33,548 nucleotides of DNA. It comes from Hyphochytrium catenoides (lineage: Eukaryota > Protista > Hyphochytriomycota). This document shows, in pieces, positions 1 through 9,878 of this stretch. The position numbers were made by a program, and so were the translations under genes. The stretch lies in assembly GCA_900088475.1 (NCBI GenBank), contig FLMG01003678.1, positions 1 through 33,548 of the forward strand, given 5' to 3'. A model generated the notes under the pieces. It saw nothing but the letters and a program-made list of their open reading frames with translations. It was not told the DNA's origin and did no database searches. Every line of letters starts with the position of its first letter. The stretch's first letter is position 1.

Positions 1-394
1 CTGGACTCCCATCGTCTACGGGCTTTTGCAGACCTTATCTCGACGAGTATCGATAGTAGGCTCGCCGGGCAAGGTTGAGGTGGGTTTGGAGAGCCAAGGA
101 GAGATATCTCTGTCAATGAAAGCGGCAAGGTGATCCACCAAACAGCATCGCGCCAACACGATCCAGCCCAAACAGGAAACTAGCGAACGATGAAGGAACG
201 AACCATAGGACATCGTCTGTTGCGCGGCGGAACGTCAAGGTGACTGGCGGGTCCCTCAGATAGATGCTCTCAAGCTTGCTAGTCGACAACAGGCATCAAG
301 GGCCATGGCAGAAAGACAGCTTCGACCCACTTCGGAGATAAGGAGAAGCAGTAGCGTGGATAGATAATTATGGAGCAGAGAAACGTCTTGGGGG

Positions 395-449
395 ATGTTC
401 TGCTTCGTCGATAGCCTAATGTTCTGCCTCGTTGACGGCCTAATGTTCC
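395..449. repeat. Imperfect 24-bp tandem repeat (~2.3 copies)
   Basis: ATGTTCTGCTTCGTCGATAGCCTA / ATGTTCTGCCTCGTTGACGGCCTA / ATGTTCC. Confidence 0.75.
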
Positions 450-1974
450 AGGAGTCCCGTTTGAGTTTGTCTTTCCTCAGCTGGCCACATGTCCCACTTT
501 CTTCATTTGGTCTTCCATGCTTTGCCCTTGGCTCGCGATTTGTCCTTGCCCTGCATTCACTCCCATACTAAGACCGCCTTCTTTCTCATTCTACGCCTCC
601 TCGCTATGTCTGCCGTGATTCTCTGCTCTCCAAACAATAGTCCGCGGTCTTCTCCTCCTCCTCTACAAGACCCCATTGGCTACTGTTCCAGAGTCAATGC
701 CCGCTGTAAGGAGCAGCAGCTCCTGGTTACCGTTCAAGAGGTCTATCGTCGAATAAGAGAAATCTGCGATAGCAAAGCGACTTATAGTCTCCGCCCTCAA
801 CTCCTGCTAACTCGGCCCGGAGGTTGACGCATATGAGCGGGCTGAAGTAGGAACAACGTCGAACAATCACGAAGGACACACTCCACGAAGAACAAAAGCC
901 TAGCGACAACGAGCGTTCAGCTCAAGCTGAGGTTATTTTTAAACACTTATTCCCAAAGGCGCCAAAAGCTCAGATGAGGAGACTTAGACAGAGAGAACAG
1001 ACAGAGCACAAGGGAGAGTCTTGCCATCGCTCAAGCTAGACGGTCCTTCGCATTCGACTCATCTCGTATTAGTGAATGGGGTAAGAGATAATTTCCCTTC
1101 AATTGGTCGGTGGTTGGCTCGGGCCGGAGATTGAAGAGGTAAAATGAAAGAGACACTGTGGACTCACGGCGTCTCTCTTCTGTTGTCATCTTCCCACCTT
1201 ATGGCTGATATTGTCCATCAAGAACATAGTCGCCACATCTATGGCGCGTTCACTCTTTCCTTACTGATTTCTTCTATTTAAAATAGTTTCCTTCCGTTAT
1301 CGTTGCTACACTCCTTCTTCAGGCGCACAGAGAAGCTGTAAGGCACGCACTGCTTCTAGATCATTAATTCTATACTATCCAGTCTTCATATCGGACAGTC
1401 TAGCCTCCCAGTGCTGCAGTGGCTTTATCAACGAAGTAATGTGGCTCTTGTCGACTACGTTTCTTTGAGCGTGGCAAACCAGGAAGTTTGACAAGGGCAT
1501 TAGTAGCAAGCTATGCGGGAGGCTTGTAATAGATGAGAATCGGGGGAATGATGTGACATTTTACTCCGAAGTAATAGAAGCAATAATACTACTGACCCAC
1601 CACACCCCACTCTTTCTTTCTTTCTTCTTTCTTCTTTCCCTGGCTCAACCAAGTCCTGAGGCGCTAACGGTCATGTTGAGCCCAGTATCGCAACAATCTA
1701 GCCGCTAACGGCCATTTTTGGCCGCTCACCTCGTACTCAGGACTACAGGCAGTACTTGTATTGGTTTGAAGGAAATATCACTGCAAGTCGCGTTGCCATC
1801 TGCCATCTGACCTTCTGCTATGCATCGCCACAATTCTATAAGCTCTGCTCTCACCAGCTCAAGTCTGCCTTGCAGATTTATCTCGGCTGGCATACGCAGA
1901 GAGAGAGGTGACAGAAGGATTGTCTCAATGGGAAAACTTACGTGAGGACGTTAGCAGTCTGAGACCTAGGAGAG

Positions 1975-2746
1975 ATGGCGCGTTACATGGACTCGACGCG
2001 GACTGTCCTGACCATCCTAAAGTTTACCTCTATTGTCCATTGCATAGGCACATATGGCGGCGAAATAACAATGGTATGCCCCTTCTCAAATTACCCAGGA
2101 GCATGACATTAATATTCCGCTGGACTTCCTTCAGACTGTCGGACCAAGCATGCTGCCGACCTTCAATGAACTTGGAGACATCGTCATCGCAGAGAAGCTC
2201 TCTGTGAGGCAGCATAATCTCAAGAGGGGCGACGTGATTATTGCGAAATCCATGACCAACCCCAGACAGAGTGTCTGCAAGCGGATCGTCGGAATGGTAA
2301 GAAAGGTTAGCAGTGCAGTGCGTATGCAGAAACCTTAGTCCTATGCTGGCTTCCAGGCTGGAGATACCATGCGCGTAGCTGCGGATAGCAGGCATGACTA
2401 CGAGAGACTTGTCAAGGTAAGGGGAACAGCCTCCTCTCGCATCCTTGCTAGTCTTGGCTAGACTATATTTGCTTCTGACTCAGCATGCCTGTGATATCCC
2501 TCACCTCTATCTTCTGTCCTTCCTGTTCTTCTACATTCGTCTCTCATTGAACCCCCAAAGATTCCGGAAGGCCACATTTGGATCGAAGGAGACAACCCTC
2601 AAAACTCCACGGACTCACGTTACTACGGCCCGGTGCCTATCAATATGGTGAAGAGCAAAGTGATCCTGAAAATTTGGCCTCTGACAGAGATGACGGTTGT
2701 TGGAGGTCCCAGAGTCGAATGCCAAACATCCCACAAAGGAAGCTGA
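1975..2746 (+). CDS. IMP1: Mitochondrial inner membrane protease subunit 1 (peptidase S26), 4 exons, ~168 aa
   Basis: Exons 1975-2073, 2135-2296, 2357-2416 and 2561-2746 join in frame via GT-AG introns. The product has GPSMLPT (catalytic Ser), [20 protein letters not shown] (catalytic Lys) and [30 protein letters not shown]. DSRxYGP fits Imp1 better than Imp2 (DSNxFGP). Confidence 0.95.
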
Positions 2747-3646
2747 GAAGTCACCTTGCACAGCAAAGTTGGAACTGAGATACAGCCCATCGTCGCGGCT
2801 CTTTCTCTACGATCCCTTGATTCAGCCCTTGTGTTGAGCTTCAGGGAATGGTGCTAACATATTATCCCTCTTATTTATTGGAGAATGACGCTCAAATTCA
2901 ATGAGAGCTTTAAGTCCATTGAGCTAGGACTACCTCTCTTAGCTGATGGGGGAAAGGGAAGGCTCAGACCGTTAAGATGACCTTGAAACTATTTCCAGAG
3001 TTATGCTGGAGGAGATGCCCCTTTGATCAGCTATAGGCCCTTTGAGTCCATCCTCGACTGGGCTATCTCGTAGTCAATTCTCCATTTAGGAGCCAAAAAA
3101 GCTTATCTGAGACCGACTAGGCACTTATAATATAGCAGCTCACAGTATTCTTTCTATGGTTACACGGGTGCCAGCCAATCAGCCCACCTTACAAGCCAAA
3201 TGTTACCATGAGTGGAGGGGAGCATATCCCAAGGGATGAATTTCCTATTGCCAGTTGTCGGGACATAAGGGATCCCCCATTGCACATCATAAGAGTTAGG
3301 CTACTTCTCGCAAAGTCTCCTTCCAAGCTGTATTGGGAATGGAACGCTGGAGAACAGACCAAGGTCCGCAAGCTCTCCTGTCAAAATCCGGGGTTACTTC
3401 GCCCCTAGCTTGTGCTCCTGCGGCACGGCAAGAAGAGCAAAGCAACGACTAAAAACACCCACCACAGTGCCAAGGAACTACCGTCGCTGCGTTCGAATAG
3501 CCTTGCATCTCTGCTGGGAATCTCTCGTCGGCCCATCAAGAGTGATCGAGTCTTGAACTTGTGCTGACCATCAGAGCATCCAGCCCATGGTAACTTTGAA
3601 TGAGGAGGGACTGAGTGATATAGGACGCGAACTGACAGGCATCCTC

Positions 3647-4712
3647 CTAGTCACTCTTCTCAGCATCGTCTTTTCGTCTTCCTCTCGAAGTGTCAGTTAG
3701 ATTCTCCCAAGGACCAGACTGAACCTTGCGAAGGCTTGCCACAATTTTCCCTTTCTTCTGCTGGACTTTGGCCTTTGAGATTTTGCCATAGAGCAACTGA
3801 AGAGCCAAAACGGACGTTATACCCTCCCCATCCTCTACTTCCAGCTTGAATGACCGCGATGTATGGGTCTGCCAAGGTTGAGACCTGTTAGCCTTCACGC
3901 CGCTGGCATATCCGAGCTCATAGCCGGCACAACATGGGAAGCGTTCTTACCAGGGTAATGCTTTGCTTAGGTAGATCTTCCGCCCCTTTCAATGGCACAA
4001 GAATTCTGATGACAAGCAAACGTGCAAAACTCAACTTAGCTTGAATGCCGAAATACATAATGGGGTCCACTCATCAGCATCAGCAAGGGCTAAATAAAAG
4101 CTTGAAGCGAAAGGACTGGCTTGACCTTTAAAAATGAAGAGAAACGAAGGAGAAGGTGTCTGTTCTCTTGATACGCACTCTATTTTGTCTTCGCCGTCTA
4201 TCCATTGATAGCTCCTTATAAGCTTTTTCTTCTTCTCCCCTGCTTCTTGAGAAGAAGGAATAGGCTCCTTGCGCAAGAGTTTGGGCTCGGGTTTTCCATC
4301 CCAAGCGACATGCTCCAAATTTTCCTTTTTCTTATGGGCGTAGTAATAGCTAGACTCTCCTTTCCGCTTAAGACTTTCGTCCAAAGCCGAATCACTGGCT
4401 TTCGTGTCAGTTCGATGCTTTATCCGCTTTATCGGTTTGGCCCTGTCACCTCCAAAGTTTGCCTTCCTACATCAATTCCTCTTTTAATCCAAGCTTGGTC
4501 AGGCCTATAACCAAGGGCTCTTACCGAGTAGCACACCACGTTAAAGCGACGACTACCATTGCTGTGACCACACCGCCAAAGATAAGGAGTGAATGCTTGC
4601 GGCCCACATCAAGACGAATGCTACCCCAGGGAGTGACAACATAAGAGTATCGCTCCTGAACGTACAAGTAAGGGAAGAACCATCCATTTGGCTCCTTTTG
4701 CGGAAAGATCAT
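3647..4712 (-). CDS. CS (p23/HSP20-like) domain protein with an N-terminal transmembrane helix, 4 exons, ~250 aa
   Basis: Exons 4712-4525, 4466-4179, 4005-3951 and 3868-3647 are phase-consistent with GT-AG introns. A hydrophobic segment (LLIFGGVVTAMVVVALTWCAT) is followed by SYYYAH..WDG. The C-terminus, YQWIDGEDKIEILVPL..SFKLEV..LYGKI..KKGKIVASLRK..PWENL, matches the CS-domain pattern. The start codon is inferred. Confidence 0.8.
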
Positions 4713-5319
4713 GTCAATGAGGTTGAACAGGAGGGCGAATCGAATACGAAGGGGATGATGAGGTGAAGTCTGAAGACGCGTAGCAGCAGAGAAATGCTGG
4801 CTATTGGAGAGCCTGATCAAGAAAGATTTCTCTTACACTTGCTGCATCGCGGCAACTCCTGTTCTTCTATAAAATCTGCAGACCGAGCTTCATAATTCAT
4901 AATAACATTGGCTTTGATAACATCTTCATTTGTAGTAATCAGTCCACGATTACTGAGAGTTAGTATGTATTTTCCATCCAGGAAACAATAACTGAGGTTT
5001 ATCAACTATGTATGAAGGTACAGCTACTTAGCTTGGAAAGGTTTCGATTGTAAGATATGTGGAAGCTTTCGGTTGGCTATCAAGGTCCACTCATGATTGC
5101 CACCACCACAGAAAGCTCCTTCACAATCTCTCTATAGAGTGCGCTGTCTGGCGCTGTCTGCAGAGCTAGCTGTAATAAGTCTAGAGGATTATGAAGCTCT
5201 GAAGATCCAGCTTTTCTTCTCCTTCGATCCGCACCTGCGGCTTGCACACAGAGAGGTCACAAGGAGTCTCTCCTAATACCTAGATCGGAGCATAGCGTGG
5301 TAGGAATACGAACGGTAAT
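4713..5319. promoter_or_regulatory. Putative divergent promoter region (CS-domain gene / eIF3h)
   Basis: Head-to-head start codons ~600 bp apart. Inferred from gene layout only. Confidence 0.5.
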
Positions 5320-6917
5320 ATGGCCTCTACTATGGAACCCCCAAGCATGGAGCCCCTCCCTCCTATCACGGAGCTTACAAAGAAGATCAAGGTGATCCAC
5401 ATCGACGGACTGGTAGGTAGAACAATATGTCGAGGTTACGTGTTAAGATGCTGACCGGCAACTCTTTTCAAAGTCCTTGCTGAAGGTGATGAAGCACTGT
5501 AAAGAGAGTCTGCCCACTCTGGTTGCAGGATCACTCCTTGGTTTGGAGAACGAGGATGTTTTAGAGATCACACACGCCTTTCCGTTCCCTTCAGTACCTG
5601 AGGCCGAGGAAGGTGACGACATTGAGGGACAAGAGTACCAGATGGAGATGATGAAAATGCTCAGAGAGGTGAGGTTACTGGAACGCATTCCTCTGAACCC
5701 GTTACGTGACTGATCCAATACCTGCAGGTTAACGTAGATAACAATTGTGTGGGATGGTACCAGTCAACAAACAGAGGATCTTTCTGCACTGCCTCGTTGA
5801 TAGAGACACAATTCAACTACCAAGACAACTTAGGGCACAATGCAATCTGCTTAACTTTTGACCCTAGAAAAACCAACAATGGCTCTCTAAGCCTCAACGC
5901 GTACAGGCTGACAAAACCATTTATGGAGCAATACCGCAAGAAGGAATTCACCAGAGAAAGGTCAGTCGTGGCATGCGTCACTAAGCAGTGCCTTTAGCTG
6001 TTTTCTGTAGCCCCGTCGCTCTCCTGCTGTCGTCGCAATGCTACAACCTCGGGTTGCTCGTATCTCAAGCCTTTTTTGACACTCACCTCATCCGTCTAAC
6101 AACCTTTGTCTAGCCTTGCAAAGATCGATCTCCGAGCACACAACATCCTGGAGGAGATTCCTATAAAGATTCGCAACTCCCACTTGGCCACCTCCATGCT
6201 GTATGAGTTCGCTGCAGCGAAGCAGGCCGACGTTGACTTTGAAAGGCTAGAGCTGTCCACAAACCCTTACTTAGTAAGCATAAACACCCCGATGGTTTGA
6301 CTGCAAAACGTGGCTGACAGAAGTCTCCGATCTTCCGATAACAGGAAAAGAACCTAGAGTTTTTGATGTTATGGGTGGATGAGCTAATCAACGAGCTAAA
6401 CAGATTCCAGGGTTTCGAGAGGAACCTTGCCAGACAGAAGGCAGCATATCAGCAGTGGCTGCAAAAGAGAGTGAGTAGTTCTTGCGCTCCCTGGCCATTG
6501 GGCTGTGTCCTTATCTAACCCGCTTCTTGGTCTATCGATAGCGCGAAGAGAACAAACTCCGCGTACAGACAGGACAAGAGCCCTTGCCTGAAGAAGACCC
6601 ACAACTCTCCAAAATGCCCTCTGAGCCAAGGTAAGACCACTTACGTTGCCGTCATATCTGTGGAGGTCAGAGTGCAAGTCATCGGAAAGACTTAATAGTC
6701 TATGAAGAGAAAGACCTAACAAAGACGAGGGGAGCGGATGGGGTGGAGGAAGGATAACAAAGTTGCCATCGGCTGACCATGCGTCCCACTTTATCCCAGC
6801 CGGCTGGAATCCCTGCTAGTCTTCAACCAGATTAACAGCTATTGCAACCAAATCAACCGTTTCTGTGGCACAAGCTTTGAAAAGCTCTTCCTGGCTGGCA
6901 GCCTCCAGAAGGAGTAG
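5320..6917 (+). CDS. EIF3H: Eukaryotic translation initiation factor 3 subunit H (MPN domain), 7 exons, ~337 aa
   Basis: Exons 5320-5412, 5474-5668, 5728-5960, 6114-6273, 6345-6470, 6542-6630 and 6800-6917. Motifs typical of eIF3h: IDGLSLLKVMKHC, GSLLGL..LEITHAFPFP, YQMEMMKMLREVNVDNNCVGWYQS, EEIPIKIRNSHL, EPLPEED, PSRLESLL..QI. Confidence 0.96.
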
Positions 6918-7400
6918 ATCCCCACGAACCCTGATATTCGTTCCACACATCACGTTGACAGAAGCCCTGACCTAAAGAGCTATAAATAATATGATCCCCT
7001 TTCACCGAATGCCCATCGTTTGTACTACAGGTAGGGCTTTATGGCTGTACATGGGCAAAGGAGAGAATGAGAGGAACGAGTATGGCCAGAAAGGGAAGCC
7101 TGGAGATGGAAGCCTGGCTGGCCAGTAGAAATACATGGGATTGAGCTTTAACTGATTTTTGAGATGGTGAGAACGTCGTTTGTACCTGGTAAGAACCAGG
7201 GCAACCTCTAAGAAGTGAGTGCCTGCTCTCTATAAATAAGGTTGTACGTACTTAATAACGTGGAAAAGTATGCTTTGCTATCTTAGAAGCGGGAGAGTCG
7301 CCTATTCGGACTTGCCCTCTTGTTACGAATATAGTCCTGCAGTGAAGAAGGGAAGGCCAAGCGCTTAAGTGGAGGGCGTCCTGTCTCTATCAAGCTCTTC

Positions 7401-9188
7401 TCACACCTGATGCGCCGGTACTTCTATCAAATCCCACTCGTCATCAATGTGCTTGTGCTCACTAGCTTGGAGGCTCTAAAGGCACAAAAGAAATGCAGCA
7501 ATCGTTGAACAAGCAAACACTACCGGGAAGATGACAAGCGAAGGATGATAAGACAGCCAACAGACCTTCTCCTCTTTGTATCTGGCGTAATGATGCAAAA
7601 TGTCTATCGGTGTGCTTCCCATCACCGCGTGGCTACCGTCACCCTCCACTTCAATATAGTTCTGGAGCTTCCCAGAATCTACGTCTCGAGGATTGGGACT
7701 GTGATACACTTCTTGAGAAATAGATTGACACAACCTAAGAATATGGAGATATATCAGGGCATAAAATATACCTTATTGGGCTGCCTCCTAGCAGTGGAAA
7801 GGCCGCTAACTTGGAGAGGTTCAAAAGAATCTGCTGATGCTGAAGGGATGGCCTTGGCATCCCTTGGCTGAGACAAAGATACATCACATTCTGCTGAAGC
7901 ATCACAAGTGCCCGATCAAAGCCTACACTTCCGTCAGGATATAACGTGTTACACCTAATGCGGAAAAGTCACCTCAGTCATATACAGTTATTACGGCAGC
8001 AAGCAGCTGCAGAGCAAACGCTAGAAGAGCTGCGGAGATAAATTCTTTAACAGAAAGCAGTGTGTTGGATACTTACCCTATACCCTCACTCATGTCCCCA
8101 ATGGTCGAGTACGAGCCATTAAATGCCATTGGGTGGGGATACTCTATGACAAGGTACTGCCCAATCAGCTGCAGTAAGTGTATCGTATGGCCCAAGGCTG
8201 CAGCCACCACATCCGGCGGAACTCCTGCAAGCGCACAATCAGAGAAAGCCCAGGATTGTCATAAATGAATGCCCTCACCTGCATAATCTCCAGAGTTGGG
8301 AAGAGGAAGGCCACAGATGGTACTCACCGCAGGTGTCCCTTCTTTCCGCCCTGACCGAGGTGTGTAGCGCTCTTGCTGCGATGAAACGTACATAGTGTGC
8401 AGAGCGTGAGGTGTGAGTGTATCCGTTCCTTCCCAAAAGATGACAGTAGAAAGTACCCACACTGTCTTTTGAAATGAGTCCAAAGACCGCGAAAACATCC
8501 CTACACCGCTCGCCTCGTAACCTTTCTAGCATCTGGTATAGACGTGTAAGGAAGGACTGCCATTGGGGGCTGTGAGGCAAGTAGGATGACTCCCCTACCT
8601 TCGCCAGATATTTATCTTCTGAGCGCAAGCCATACAGGATTGGGGTATGGAGGCTGTTTAGGACGCCTCGTTGCTCATCTAATACTTGCTTTAGTTCTTC
8701 CAGCTTTACCCTCCGTTCATTCAAGCTGTAGCGTTTACTGGCCGCGTCAATTCGGCCTGAGAGTGACGGCAAGACGGAACAGGGACACGTTTAGAGCCGA
8801 CGAAGTGAACTAGTGGTATAAGCAGGACAGGAGATAGCACCAAGCGTTAATCCCTTCTGACCTTGACATAATTCTTCTCGTCCTTTCAAAAGCTCTTGTT
8901 GTGACGATTCTACCTCTTTCATCAGTGCATGGAGCTTTTCCTCTAGTTGCACTGACGGCTTTCCAATCTACATAGCATACGATGGTTGCTTGGGCTCAAT
9001 ACTCTGGGACTTTTCAATGATTAGACAGCAATCACCTCTAGCATCCTCTTGCATTTCTCTCGCAGGACGTCAACGTCTGCTTTTAGAGCTGAGAGGGTGG
9101 TCTTCCGTTTCTGTAGGGCAGACTTCAGGCAGCTGGCGCATACGATCTCACCAACCTGCTTCTTACAGATGGGGCACGGAAGAAACAT
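7401..9188 (-). CDS. ATG14/VPS38(UVRAG)-family class III PI3K complex subunit, probably ATG14-like, 9 exons
   Basis: Starts MFLPCPICKKQVGEIVCASC (CxxC..CxxC), followed by a long coiled coil. Then STICGLPLPNSGDY, VAAALGHTIHLLQLIGQYLVIEYPHPM, FDRALVMLQQNVMYLCLSQG..ILLNL, which follow the family's C-terminal domain pattern. Ends DDEWDLIEVPAHQV*. All introns are GT-AG; the exon 4 acceptor is ambiguous. Confidence 0.85.
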
Positions 9189-9878
9189 CTCTATCAAAGA
9201 ACTCCGCAGCTGAGTCTTGGCTATTAGACAAAAGCCTTTGCATCCACAATATAGGAGCCAGCGCGCATCTCTCCGGAGGGCTTGATCAGACAAGCTACCG
9301 CTCTCCTTACGGCACCAATAGATCTCTAAACTGAGGCGGCGGAGCTGTAGAACTTTTCTGCAATGAAATTTCTCCAATTTGTAGAACACTGTTTTATGAT
9401 ATGAGAACAATCTCGGATTCGGAAAATGCAAAGGAATCGAAGGGAACAGGTCAAGTTATTTCGGGTAATGTCCGAAAGTAGGCCGCAATAGACCGAATTA
9501 GAACCCCGATGTGCTGTTATTTCGGCCTTATTTATGTATGATTATGTACTCGTAGAACATGTGGATTACTATTGAGGCGGTTTTGCTTTTCCTGAGTCTA
9601 TGGATAGAGATCACTTTCTGAAGACGCAGAACTGCGAACATGGGCTGACCTGGGCAGAGAACGAGAGACCGTGTCGCGGTTTAGAGGTGAAGGGCTAAGC
9701 TGACAACGGCCTTCATAAGCATATGGAAGTGTGACACACGGAGGCACACATAATAAGTTAAGTAGGGGCAGGGATAGGCCTATCCTATGCACAAACCCCT
9801 TGTCCCGGCTGCAGTTAACTATGTTCTCAACGGTCTCTCCCAGCTCTCTTTGTAACCCATACCTTGCAGCTTTGATCG

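Noticed and set aside
1-1560. Possible gene fragments in the short ORFs at the window start
   Set aside because: Exon-like pieces occur on both strands, but no phase-consistent model or recognisable domain could be built.
7800-7880. Apparent frameshift at the GCCAAGG duplication in the ATG14-like exon
   Set aside because: Careful translation gives SQGMPRPSLQHQQILLNL in a single frame.
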